A model generated the notes under the pieces. The model worked only from the letters and a program-made list of their open reading frames with translations, ran no database searches and had not been told where the DNA came from. The position numbers and the translations under genes are program-made. A DNA stretch of 64,000 nt from an uncultured Gemmatimonadales bacterium (GTDB lineage: Bacteria; Gemmatimonadota; Gemmatimonadetes; Gemmatimonadales; GWC2-71-9): the NCBI GenBank assembly GCA_963695555.1, contig CAVOGR010000005.1, positions 448,001-512,000 of the forward strand, written 5' to 3'. Shown here piece by piece: positions 1-9,935 of this stretch (position 1 is the stretch's first letter; each line of letters begins with the position of its first letter).

Positions 1-559
1 CCGGCGCACCGTGCCAGTCGCTACCGCCACCAGCAGCACGGCGACGAGTATCCATCGGACCTGCCGCGGCACGCGGATGCCGAGGGCGTTCAGGAGCATC
101 CCGCCGGTGAGCGGCGGGATGGGGATGAGGTTGAACACCGCGAACCAGATCGTGAGGCTGCTCGCAACCCGCAGGAACGCCGCCGTGGTCAGCGCGGCCG
201 AGTGCGGCAGTATCGTCAGCGCCGGCAGGACCAGGGCGTCGAGAAGTGCTGCAAGCACCAACAGGCCGGCGAAGCCGGTCAGGATGACGACGACGATTCC
301 GAACCGGCCGATGCGGAACTCGCCCGCGTCGACGGCCACCGGCTTGCCCCAGCCCAGTCCGTACAGGATCACGCTGAATGCGCCAACGAGATCGATGTGG
401 CCGGCGGGCACAACCGTCAGGCGGCCGTCGTACTTGGGTCCCTTGTCGCCCAGCAGCACTGCGGCCCCCGCGACGATGCCCACCATGTAGCCCTGCAATG
501 ATCAGAAGGGCGACGAAACGGAAGGCGATCGTCTGGAGGGTGAGGTCTGTCAGCCCCAT
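1..559 (-). CDS. Site-2 protease (M50, YwhC-like) family membrane protein with apparently degenerate active site; runs off window edge; one frameshift near 485
   Basis: Manual translation: MGLTDLTLQTIAFRFVALLIIAGLHG / IVAGAAVLLGDKGPKYDGRLTVVPAGHIDLVG...GLGWGKPV...FAVFNLIPIPPLTGG. The GD..GRLT..P..HID, GWxKPV and FNLIPIPPL motifs are typical of this family. Not in the supplied ORF track. Confidence 0.7.
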   Translation of the reverse strand, partial: MGLTDLTLQTIAFRFVALLIIAGLHGGHRRGGRSAAGRQGTQVRRPPDGCARRPHRSRWRIQRDPVRTGLGQAGGRRRGRVPHRPVRNRRRHPDRLRRPVGACSTSRRPGPAGADDTAALGRADHGGVPAGCEQPHDLVRGVQPHPHPAAHRRDAPERPRHPRAAAGPMDTRRRAAGGGSDWHGAP

Positions 560-585
560 CGCCTAGACTTGCCACCGGCCCCCGG

Positions 586-1039
586 TCACTTCACCATCGT
601 CAGATAGTCCAGCGTGTCTAGGTCCGTGGGCAGTGGCGCGCCGGCCCTGAAGCCGTTTCGCTTCAGGATGTAGGCCACCAGATCGGCGTAGATGCTGGGA
701 GAGTAGCGCCCTGGCGAACTGGGCGGCATCAGGCTGCTGGTGTACATGAACAACGACGATGCGGGCGCGCCGTTGGCGTAATTTTGCTCGAAGTTCAGGC
801 CGCGCAATGGCGGTCCGCCGTTCAGCCCGCCCTTGAGATCGTCTCCGTGGCACTCTACGCACTCTCGCTCGAACTGTTTTTCTCCGCGATCTGCCTGTTC
901 CGACGAGTAGGACACCGGGTGTTCGACCGGAGCCGCGTCGGCTTGGGCGAGGATGAATACTGTCCGCCCGGCCGGAGCGGCGTCCGGCCAGCACGAATGT
1001 CACTGCGCAGAAGTGGAGCCGACTGGATTTTCCCGGCAC
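586..1039 (-). CDS. Class I c-type cytochrome (single heme); N-terminal signal region frameshifted near 985
   Basis: ORF 586..915 has CVECH (CxxCH), a QADRGE lead-in and a distal MP. Upstream frames supply a signal-like MPGKSSRLHFCAVTFVLAG. Confidence 0.8.
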
Positions 1040-1265
1040 CGCGAAAAGGCCCCATGGCCCGCGTGAGGCGCACTCCTGACCGTGAACGGTGGGTTCATAG
1101 GGTTACGCCCGATACTATCCGCTCACCACCCGGCCAAGCGGTATGCGTCGGCGCCGCAGCGAACGGCGAATCTGCCCGCACGATACCGAGACAGGCGTCG
1201 ATTGCAAGGGCCAATTGGCGTCGGGCCCTGCATGGCAGCGAGCATCTTGGCCGGTAACGACCGAT

Positions 1266-2099
1266 TCATCCCCCCTCGGGCCGGGGTGAGGTCTCGGCCG
1301 AAGAATGGAGGCGGAATCCGACAGTACCAGTTCGCGCATACGCCGCGACAGGTAGCTTCGCAGCTCCACATAGCGGGGCTCGGCGCGGGCGTCGTAGTCC
1401 CAGCGCGGGCGCGGCAGGTCGACGTCGAGTACCTCGACGATGCGGCCCGGCCGCGGCCCATCAGCACCATCTTGTCGGCGAGGAGGATCGCCTCGTCGAC
1501 GCTGTGGGTGACGAAGACCACCACGCTCTGCGGCGCGTCCACAGCCGCATGAGCTCGATCTGCATCAGCTCGCGGGTCTGCGCGTCGATGCTGGCGAACG
1601 GCTCGTCCATCAGCAGGATGTCCGGCTCGGTCGCCAACGCCCGCGCCAGAGCCACGCGCTGCTTCATGCCGCCGGAAAGCTCGTTGGGATAGGACGTGGC
1701 AAAACGCGACAGCCCGACCACCGACAGGTAGTGATCGGCCACGGCCCGGCTCTCGCTCTTCGGCATGCCGTTGACGTCCAGCGCGAAGTCGACGTTGCCC
1801 TGCACCGTCGCCCACGGGATCAGCCGGAACGACTGGAAGACGAAGCCCATCGACGGCCCTGGCTCGGCGCCTTGCCCGAACCGGGACCTCGCCGACATCG
1901 GGCTTGATCAGCCCGTTGACCATCCGCAGCATCGTGGTCTTGCCGCAGCCCGGACGGTCCCACCAGGGTGATGAAGGTCTGGTCGGCGATAAGCGAAACG
2001 TCCCGCATCGCCGGGACCAGGTCGCGGCCGCCGGTGAGCGGCGGAACGTCTTGGAGACGCTGGTCGGACAGCGATGGCAGGCTGCGAGCCCGGCGGCAC
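1266..2099 (-). CDS. NitT/TauT-family ABC transporter ATP-binding protein (several frameshifts; ends approximate)
   Basis: Fragments: Walker A GPSGCGKTT, FVFQSFRLIPW, LSGGMKQRVALARAL, LLMDEPF, FVTHSVDEAI. Confidence 0.85.
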
Positions 2100-2129
2100 G
2101 TCTGCCGCCGCCGGGGAGCACGGTCGTCG

Positions 2130-3178
2130 GGCGCGGCACGGCAAGGGCTGCCGGGCGGGTCGTCGCTCCCGGCGTCGATGCCGATCTCCGGCCAGCACGT
2201 CGTCGGCGACCGAGAAGTCCACCCAGTCGCCGAGGGTCGACCGGGGAGACGCCCTTGAAGTCCTCGGTCTTGTAGAGCCAGTCCTGGGTAAACTCCAGCT
2301 CCTGCCGGCTCATGCCGCCATTGATGCTCCAGCTGCCCTCGAAGCTCTCGGCCAGCATCTGCAGGTCCGCGGCCGTCAGGTTGCCGCCATAGGGCGCCAT
2401 CGCCTCCGCCCATGCGCCGGGATCGGCGTCGAAGTCGCGCGAGATCTTGACCAGCGCGCGCACCACCGCGACGACCTCGTCGCGCCGGTGGGCGAGTACG
2501 TCGGCGGACACCACGTTGACCTTGTTGACGACCGGCGCGGCCTCGTAGTAGGCGTCCTGCGAGAATCAGCACCGACAGCCCGGTCTTGTCGGGGATCGAC
2601 AGCCATACCCCGATCGACATGGTGGTCGCGTCGACCTGACCGGCGGCAAGCGCCTGGGCGCGCACGGAGGGCTGGCCCAGCGTGACGACGTTGAGCGTGG
2701 CCATGTCGACCCCCTCGCCGGCCATCACTTTCGCGCTCAGCGAATGGTCGAGGCTGCCGATGCGCCCCACGCCGAAGCTATGGCCGGCCAGGTCTGCCGG
2801 TGTGGCGATGTCGGACCTGGCCGCGATCAGGAACGGCAGCGACTTGTTGGGGGAGGTGACTGCCCGCAGCGGCGACGCGCCCTGGGCGACGAGTTGCAGA
2901 ACGCCATCGACCGAGACGTTGGCCATTTCGCCCTCACCGGCCAGGATCGCCGCCAGTGCCGAGGGCGTCTGCTGTACGCGGACCAGTTCGACCTCGACGC
3001 CCTCGCGCTCGAAGTAGCCGAGCTCCAGGGCGAGATCCATGACCGAGTTGGGAACCAGCGGTGGCTCCAGGTGGGTCAGGATGAGGCGGAAAGGCTCGGC
3101 CGCCGCCATGCCGGCCGTGACCAATATCGCAACCGAGATCGTTGCCATCAGCGCAGTCAGGCGCCTGGTTCGCTTCAT
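2130..3178 (-). CDS. NitT/TauT (NMT1/SsuA-like) ABC transporter substrate-binding protein (frameshifted; 3' end approximate)
   Basis: Signal peptide MKRTRRLTALMATISVAILVTAGMAAA; LGYFEREGVEVEL; RAQALAAGQVDAT; continuation in ORF 1123..2514. Confidence 0.8.
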
Positions 3179-3236
3179 TTCCAGTCCTCCCTTGGATTGG
3201 CCGGGCCGGCTCGACGGTCCGGCGGCCTTGCCCGTT

Positions 3237-3977
3237 TCACGTTGCCCCCCGCCAGCGGGCGAGGCGCGATTCCACGTGCCGGAGCGCTTCGGTCACCACC
3301 ACGCCAACGATCGCTAGGGTGATCACGACGACGAAGTACTCGGCCATCCGGAAGGTATTGCCGTAAATGGCGAGCAGGCCCCCAAGCCCGCTCACCGCAG
3401 TATAGAGCTCGGCGACCACCGTGTTGATGAGCCCGATGGTCGCGCCGAGCCGCATGCCGGTGACGATGAAGGGCAAGGCGCCTGGCAGCACAATGCTGGC
3501 GAAGATGCGCGGCCTGCCGGCCCCGGCCGACCGGGCCATTTCGACGAGCTCCTCGTCGGCCGCCAGCACGCCGGCATAGGTATTGATCAGGATCGGCATC
3601 AGCGCGCCCAGGAAGATGATGAAGATCTTCGCGTCGGTGCCGAGGCCCAGAACCACGATGATCAGCGGGATGAACGCGACACGCGGCGTGGCGGCGAGGG
3701 CGAAGACATAGACCTCGAGCGTCTTGCCCAGCAGCCGGAACCCGCCCATCAGCACCCCGATGGGAATGGCGCAGATCACTGCCAGCGCATAGCCGGAAAG
3801 ATAGACCTTGAGCGACGCCGCAAGGGCGGTCAGCAGCCGACCTTCGGCGATCAGCCGCCGGGCGGCCTCGAGCGTCGCCAGCGGAGTCGGCACGACATTG
3901 CGCCCGAACTCCTGGGCAGCGAGCGTCCAGAGCGCCAGCAGCATAGCCAGGAACCCCAGACGGTAGACCAGGATCAT
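3237..3977 (-). CDS. NitT/TauT ABC transporter permease
   Basis: Hydrophobic ORF starting MILVYRLG with RBS GAGGGGAG; EAA-loop ELVEMARSAGAGR; PGALPFIVTGMRLG. Confidence 0.9.
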   Translation of the reverse strand: MILVYRLGFLAMLLALWTLAAQEFGRNVVPTPLATLEAARRLIAEGRLLTALAASLKVYLSGYALAVICAIPIGVLMGGFRLLGKTLEVYVFALAATPRVAFIPLIIVVLGLGTDAKIFIIFLGALMPILINTYAGVLAADEELVEMARSAGAGRPRIFASIVLPGALPFIVTGMRLGATIGLINTVVAELYTAVSGLGGLLAIYGNTFRMAEYFVVVITLAIVGVVVTEALRHVESRLARWRGAT

Positions 3978-4121
3978 CCGCTCCCCTCTCTCACGCGCCC
4001 GCACCGGCGGGGCGCGCACGCTGCGAGCGCCATAGGCAGCTGGCCGGCCCACTGCCGGATCGCATCCGGGCCGCATACGCGACCCGGGCGCTTCACTATG
4101 TCAGTTTCGGCGCCGGGCGCA

Positions 4122-4874
4122 CTACCTTCTTGAGTGGCTTTCAGGTCGCCCGTGCGTGTCGCAGGTCCGGTTCCAGGCTGGTCGGTGTGTTGTCCGCCCG
4201 GCGGACCGGTCGCCGCCACCCCCTGCCCTATCGGGTGCCGCGGCTAACCGTGCCGGAATGAGCCCGCGCAGCGCGTTGCCCACAAAGAGCTGCGCCCGCC
4301 CGAGGTCTTCCAATGCCAGCAGCCCCTCGCGAGCGCGGCCCAGCGCCAGCATCTCGGCCCGCAGAACGCCGGGAAGCAGGCCGCAGTCCAGCGGCGGCGT
4401 GACCAGCCCGTCGCCCAGGTCCGCGAAGACCGTGGTGATCGCTCCTTCGCAGACCTCGCCGCGCTCGTTGAGGAATACCGCCTCGTCCACGCCCGCCGGC
4501 AAGGCCGCCCGAGCGGCATCGTAGGCCCGCCGCACGGTGGTCTTGACCCGCAACCAGGGGTCGTCCGAACGCAGCCGGGCGTCCGCCACCACCAGCGTCC
4601 AATGCGCACTTCCAGCACCCAGCGGCGTCCAAACCGCCTCCACTGTGCCTTCCGGCGCCAGCGTCAGCCGCACACGCAACGGCTCCGCCCCGGTCACGCG
4701 CGCCAACGCCCTGGCAACTGCCTTCCGGTCGAACGGAAACTCCAGCGTCGCCGCACCGGCCGCCATTCGCGCGACATGCGCCGGCAGACGCAGGAAGCCT
4801 GCAGCCGGATCCCACCGGAAGGTCTCGATCAGCCTCAACCCCGGGGGGTAAGGTCCGCGAAGCGCGCTTTCCAC
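4122..4874 (-). CDS. Aminotransferase class IV, 4-amino-4-deoxychorismate lyase (PabC-like)
   Basis: LIETFRW, VKTTVR (PLP lysine), FLNERGEVCEG, GLLPGVLR; overlaps the pabB end. Likely GTG start at 4874. Confidence 0.8.
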   Translation of the reverse strand: MESALRGPYPPGLRLIETFRWDPAAGFLRLPAHVARMAAGAATLEFPFDRKAVARALARVTGAEPLRVRLTLAPEGTVEAVWTPLGAGSAHWTLVVADARLRSDDPWLRVKTTVRRAYDAARAALPAGVDEAVFLNERGEVCEGAITTVFADLGDGLVTPPLDCGLLPGVLRAEMLALGRAREGLLALEDLGRAQLFVGNALRGLIPARLAAAPDRAGGGGDRSAGRTTHRPAWNRTCDTHGRPESHSRR

Positions 4875-5962
4875 AGGGCCTCCTCGTATTCCGATCGGGC
4901 GGAGGAATCTGCCACCACCCCGCCCCCGACATTCAGCACCGCCTCGCCACCAGGGCGAAGCGCCAGCGTGCGGATCGCCACGTTGAACGAGGCACGCCCG
5001 TCCGGCGCCGCCCAGCCGATTGCCCCGCAATAGGCGTCTCGAGGCTGCGGCTCCAGTTCGCGGATGATCTCCATGGCGCGCAGCTTCGGCGCCCCCGTCA
5101 CCGAGCCGCAGGGAAAGAGCGCCGCGAGTATCCGCGACAGCGCCGTGCCCGGCAGCAACCGACCGGTCACGCGGCTGACCATCTGATGCACGGTGGCGTA
5201 GCTCTCCACCGCGAAAAGCTCGGGCACCTTGACCGAACCCGCCTCGGCGATCCGGGAGATGTCGTTGCGCAAGAGATCAACGATCATAAGGTTTTCCGCG
5301 CGGTTTTTCACATCACTTGCCAACCCGTCCCGAAGAGAGGCGTCGCGCGCAGGGTCGGCGTCGCGCGGTGCCGTGCCCTTCATGGGGCGCGCCTCGATCC
5401 CGCCGGCGCCATCCAGCGCGAAGAACAGCTCCGGCGACCGCGACACCAGCACCACCCCCGGCAGGCATACCAGCGCCCCGTGCCCCACGGGCTGGCGCTC
5501 GGCCAGCGCCGCATGGATCGCCGCGGGGTCGCCCGACCACGATCCGCGCAGCGGCATGGTCAGGTTCGCCTGATAGATGTCGCCGGCCGTGATGTAGTCC
5601 GCCACCCGGTCGAAGGCCGCTCGGTAGGTATCGAAGTCCCAGTCTGCCCGGAACGCCCCGAGCAACCCCCCTGGCCGGCGCCGCGCCACCGGCCCCGGCG
5701 GCCCGAAGATCCCGAACTCCAGGAGTGGCATCCGCCGCCCGGCCGGCATAAGCGCTGCCAGCCGCGGCTCGAAGGTATAGCCCAGTTCGTACGAGGCATA
5801 GCCCGCTATCCAGGCACCTGAAGCCAACGCAAAGTCGAGCATGGCCAGCGCCCCAGGCACTGACGCGGGGCTCTGGGCGGAGATCACCCGCGCCGGCTGT
5901 GCGAACCTTGCAGGCATGCCGGCAGGCCCGTGATCGAACTCGATGAAGGGCTCCGTCGCCAC
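4835..5962 (-). CDS. pabB: Aminodeoxychorismate synthase component I
   Basis: GDIYQANLT, SPELFF, PMKGT, KNRAENLMIVDLLRND, FPCGSVTGAPK, YCGAIG, FNVAIRT. Confidence 0.9.
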   Translation of the reverse strand: MATEPFIEFDHGPAGMPARFAQPARVISAQSPASVPGALAMLDFALASGAWIAGYASYELGYTFEPRLAALMPAGRRMPLLEFGIFGPPGPVARRRPGGLLGAFRADWDFDTYRAAFDRVADYITAGDIYQANLTMPLRGSWSGDPAAIHAALAERQPVGHGALVCLPGVVLVSRSPELFFALDGAGGIEARPMKGTAPRDADPARDASLRDGLASDVKNRAENLMIVDLLRNDISRIAEAGSVKVPELFAVESYATVHQMVSRVTGRLLPGTALSRILAALFPCGSVTGAPKLRAMEIIRELEPQPRDAYCGAIGWAAPDGRASFNVAIRTLALRPGGEAVLNVGGGVVADSSARSEYEEALWKARFADLTPRG

Positions 5963-6071
5963 CTGAACGCCCGCTGCTGCCGTCCGGCGCCTGATGGGCC
6001 GCGCGCGCGGGGAGGTCAATGGTCGCCTGGAGCCCCCGCCCGCAGTTGACGCCGGCCAGCGCCCCAGTGGC

Positions 6072-6752
6072 CTACTCGAATAGCGAACCCTCGATGCCCT
6101 CGCCGGTGAGGCGCTCGTACATGTGCTGGTTCCAGTAGGGCGTCCAGCAGACCAGCGCCTTGCCGGTGCCCGAGTAGACCCGCAGGCGCCGCTGGCCGGA
6201 GATGAGGTTGCGCGGGAAAGCAGCCGAGCGCTGCGAGGAGAACTTCAGCCCCGCGGTGCGACCCAGCACCAGCCGGCCCTGCACGCGCAACTCGCCATCG
6301 GCCACGTCCACCGTCTCCACCGGCCCGGGCGCGTTCATGGCGACCAGGCCCTCGCCCGAAACCGTCGTCTTCCAGGCAAAGAACCCGTCGCCCGCCCAGA
6401 GGCTCGGGAACATCCGCTCGCGGTAGAGGCCGAGCGCCACCCCGCCCTCCGAGGCCCAGTAGACGCCGGGTTCCAGGATCCATTGCTCGCCGGGGTCGAC
6501 TTGCAGGACGTGGTAGCCCCCCAGCGAGGGCTGCAGCAGGATCGAGCCGGTGCCGGCGTAGAACGGGCGCACCCGCGCCTCGCTGGTGAAGATGGCGCGG
6601 AACACGTCGCCGGCCAAAGGCAGCCGCGGGGTGAGCGTAATCGTCCCCCGCATAGTCGACATGGCACCCCGTCGCGCCCGCACCGTCTCGTCGCGCAGGT
6701 CGATGCGCACCTGGCGCATCCCCTCGACCTCGCGGATGGTGAACTCGGCCAT
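6072..6752 (-). CDS. AIM24 family protein
   Basis: VRARRGAMSTMRG, YAGTGSILLQP, GDGFFAWKTTVSGEG and YSGTGKALV match the repeated AIM24-fold pattern. Confidence 0.75.
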   Translation of the reverse strand: MAEFTIREVEGMRQVRIDLRDETVRARRGAMSTMRGTITLTPRLPLAGDVFRAIFTSEARVRPFYAGTGSILLQPSLGGYHVLQVDPGEQWILEPGVYWASEGGVALGLYRERMFPSLWAGDGFFAWKTTVSGEGLVAMNAPGPVETVDVADGELRVQGRLVLGRTAGLKFSSQRSAAFPRNLISGQRRLRVYSGTGKALVCWTPYWNQHMYERLTGEGIEGSLFE

Positions 6753-6758
6753 GGAGCG

Positions 6759-7560
6759 TCAGTTCAGCGGCTCGTCCCAGACCATTGCCCGCTCCCAGAG
6801 GAGTTCGAGCGGCCTGGGACTGAGACCCGATTCCCCGCGCAGCGGCCGGTCGAGGGTCACGATGACAAAGAGGATCACGCCAAGGAAGAAGGCGGTCAGC
6901 GTTCCGAGCACGAAATGCTGGAGCTGGCGCATCTTCAGCATGATCAGGAGCAAGAGGTTGATTGCCGCCCCCACCAGCACCGCGTACCAGAGCACGTCGG
7001 GGATCTCGGTGATGACCCCAGTCAGCCTCCGCTGGCGCGCGCTCGAGAAGTCCTGGAAAGCCGCGACCACCTCGGCATGGATGATGTCCTCGCCGCGGGT
7101 GAAGGGCTCGAACTGCGCCAGCTCCTGTCGCATCGCGTCGGTGCGGTTGAAGCCGCCGTTCAGGACCTCGCCCGTCCGATGCGCCGGCCAGTCCTTGTAA
7201 ATCGTAAAGAGCACATAGTCGCGCAGCATCAGCTTCATGTTTGAGCGGGTCGGCTCGGGATAGGAGTTCATGTCGGCATAGAGCGATCCCAGCGTGGTCG
7301 AACTCGTTGAGGATGGCCTCCCGGATCCGTTCGTTGTTCTGATAGGCCGCCACCGTCAGCAAGCCGAGGAGCAGCCCGTAGAACAGGCTGAAGCCGTTGG
7401 TCGCCTGGCCGATCGTCTGATTGAAGTCCGGTCCGGTGCCGAGCAGAAGCCGCAGGAGCGGCTTGATCACCAGCACCCCCAGCAGCATCAGCGCAACGGC
7501 GGCGAGCGAGAAATAGATCGCCAGCGTCCGCGTCGGGATGTCGTAGATGAAGTCGGGCAT
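6759..7560 (-). CDS. DUF4239 (bestrophin-like) membrane protein; frameshift near 7300
   Basis: N-part MPDFIYDIP...LFYGLLLGLLTVAAYQN joins C-part LRDYVLFTIYKDWP...ARQRRL...IPDVLW...LDRPLRGESGLSP. Confidence 0.75.
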
Positions 7561-7709
7561 CGTCTCCCCGCCCGGGCCCTTGCCAGCTCGCCCCGCCGGC
7601 CGGAGAATGACCGGTATCGCGCTGTCCGGCAACCGGATAGAGTGAGCGCGGACCCGAACCTTGGGAGTGGTCCGATCGGCCGGCCGAGATTTCACAATGG
7701 GGTTCCGCA

Positions 7710-8669
7710 ATGCGCCACTTGCTCATCGCCATATGCCTCCTGGCTGCTTCGGCTTCCGCTGCCCGCGCTCAGCAGCCGATGCAGCTCTTCACGATCGGTT
7801 CCGGTGACATCGGCGGCAGCTACTATGCAGCGGCGGGTGCGCTCTGCGCGAACTTGAACCGCAACGCTAGGGGCGTTCTGCGATGCAGCCCCGAACCGAC
7901 CTCGGGCTCGCTCTACAACCTCACCATGTTGGGGGAGGGCGAGCTCGACTTCGCCTTCGCCCAATCCGACTGGCAACAGATCGCCTATGAGGGTGGCGGC
8001 CCGCTTGCGGGAGGCGCGCCAATGACCGGGCTGCGCAGCGTCATGGCGCTCTATCCCGAGATGATGACAGTCATTGCCCGCCGTGACGCCGGCATAGCCG
8101 GGACGGCCGACCTGCTCGGCAAGCGCATCGACATCGGCCAGCCGGGCTCGGGCCGCAACGCCTCGTTAAGCCGGCTCCTGGCGGCGCTCGACATCGATCG
8201 GACGGATTTCGCCGAGCTCGCGGAACTGCCCTCGGCGAGCGCCCTCGAAGAGCTCTGCGCCGGGCGGCTCGACGCGAGCGTCCTGATCGTGGGCCACCCC
8301 AACGACACCGTCACCAGGGTGCTCACCGAATGCGACGTCGAGCTCGTGCCCATCGACGGACCGGCGGTGACCGAGGCACTTACGACCATGGGGGAATTGA
8401 CGCAGAGCACCATCCCCGCCGGATCCTATCCCAGGCTGGAATCCGACGTTCAGACCTACGCGGTCATCGCAACGATCGTGACAGACATGCATACCGATCC
8501 CGCCATCGTGCGCAGCTTCGTCGCCGCGGCGCTCGCCGATCTGCCGGAACTGGCGGCCAGTGCCCCGGTACTCGCCGGGATGACCCCGGAAACCATGCGT
8601 AGCGCAGGGCTTACTGCCCCGCTGCACCCTGGCGCCGAGGCCGCCTTCGACGCCGCCGCGGAAAACTGA
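7710..8669 (+). CDS. TAXI family TRAP transporter solute-binding subunit
   Basis: Signal peptide; TIGSGDIGGSYY, TSGSLYNL, AQSD, LYPE, IGQPGSG, APLHPGA. Confidence 0.92.
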   Translation: MRHLLIAICLLAASASAARAQQPMQLFTIGSGDIGGSYYAAAGALCANLNRNARGVLRCSPEPTSGSLYNLTMLGEGELDFAFAQSDWQQIAYEGGGPLAGGAPMTGLRSVMALYPEMMTVIARRDAGIAGTADLLGKRIDIGQPGSGRNASLSRLLAALDIDRTDFAELAELPSASALEELCAGRLDASVLIVGHPNDTVTRVLTECDVELVPIDGPAVTEALTTMGELTQSTIPAGSYPRLESDVQTYAVIATIVTDMHTDPAIVRSFVAAALADLPELAASAPVLAGMTPETMRSAGLTAPLHPGAEAAFDAAAEN

Positions 8670-8702
8670 CGGCCAGGCCGGCACCGCAGAATGCAGCGGG
8701 GG

Positions 8703-9326
8703 TCAGCGCAGCGCGACGGCACCGTGATAGAAGAAGCTGCCTAGCCCGCTAGTGAAGATGATCGCCCCGCAAGCCGCGTGCAGCACCACCGCCAGCGCGA
8801 AGCCGCCGCGACCCAGATAGGCCTGCGCGAAGATCACGCCGCCGGCGACGGTCAGCGCCAGCGCCACCCAGTTCCAGAACATCAGGTGCGCGAGCCCGAA
8901 CGTGAACCCGTTCGCTGCCACGGCCAGCCGCCGGTCGGGGAAGAGAGCGCCGTAGCGGCGGAAGAACAGCGGCCGGAACAGCAGCTCCTGCGGCAGCGCC
9001 GAGACGATGGGGTAGAGCAGCAGGATCATCAGCCACAGCCCGGTGGCCCGTCGCGGAAGCGCCAGCGCCTGCCATGGCACGAGCCACCAGACCAGAACCC
9101 CGGCGATCACCGCCGTTCCCGCGGCCACCAGAGCCACGTACCGCCAGTCGACCCTGCCCCAGCCGCGCCAGAGCTCGCTCCAGGCGAAGCCCGGGGTCAG
9201 TGCCAGCAGCACGAGCGCAAGCGCCGTTGCGCCCAACAGCACCGGCCACAGCCAGGCGGGAGGTAGTACCAGCGCCAGCACCAGCGGCAGCCCAAGATAG
9301 AGCACCGCAAATTCCGCCGCCCGCAT
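8703..9326 (-). CDS. CPBP (CAAX prenyl protease / Abi) family intramembrane protease
   Basis: Multi-TM ORF with PQELLFR, FGLAH and VVLHAACG motifs. Confidence 0.85.
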   Translation of the reverse strand: MRAAEFAVLYLGLPLVLALVLPPAWLWPVLLGATALALVLLALTPGFAWSELWRGWGRVDWRYVALVAAGTAVIAGVLVWWLVPWQALALPRRATGLWLMILLLYPIVSALPQELLFRPLFFRRYGALFPDRRLAVAANGFTFGLAHLMFWNWVALALTVAGGVIFAQAYLGRGGFALAVVLHAACGAIIFTSGLGSFFYHGAVALR

Positions 9327-9340
9327 CGCCGCGTCGCGCG

Positions 9341-9833
9341 TCACGATCCGCCAGCCATCCGAACCGTCGGCTCGACCTGACCGATCAGCGGCGGACCGCA
9401 GGCGAGCGGCGCGTCCGATACCTCGGTCATCACCTGGAGGAACCCCGAGTCCGATCCGTCGTCGGTCTGCTGGATGACCAGCGCGGAACTCCCGCTGCGC
9501 ACGTGCCGGAAGCAGACGGTGCCCTCGCCCTCCCAGTGAAAGCAGTAGCGCGGTCGGGCATAGTCCCACGTCCCTCGAAAACAGGTGCCATCGCGGAACT
9601 GCAGCGAAACGCGGTTGCCGCCGGGATGGTATTGCTCCAGGGCGAAGAGCTCGCCATCCAGTGTGCGGTAGGTCAGCGTCCGGCCCGCCGCCATGGCGAT
9701 CCACTGCTCGACGGGTATGTCCTTGCCGTCCGGAACCTTCTCGATCGGCGAGCCGGCGCCCGCCGGGATCGCCGACACCCATGAGGGCGGCGGCCAGCCA
9801 GATCGGGCGCATCATGGAGCGGATCCTCGACAT
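9341..9833 (-). CDS. Hypothetical exported protein (frameshift near 9780)
   Basis: Signal-like MMRPIWLAAALM joins ORF 9341..9778 (GRTLTYR...EQYHPG...GTCFRGTW...YCFHW...CFRH...PLAC). Confidence 0.55.
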
Positions 9834-9895
9834 CCCCGAAATCTAGGGCGGAAGTGCTGCTTGCGCCAGCCCCGCCCGCATCCGTCTGGCCCGTA

Positions 9896-9910
9896 TTAAC
9901 CATATGTTAC
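9896..9910. promoter_or_regulatory. Putative CtrA binding site
   Basis: TTAA-CCATATG-TTAC: one mismatch to TTAA-N7-TTAA and contains TTAACCAT; lies in the divergent gap ~25 bp before the thermonuclease start. Confidence 0.5.
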
Positions 9911-9935
9911 ACACTCGCCGCGCCTGATAGGCGCC

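Noticed and set aside
4122..5962. pabB-pabC without pabA as a novel pathway
   Set aside because: A shared amidotransferase (TrpG/PabA) encoded elsewhere is a common arrangement.
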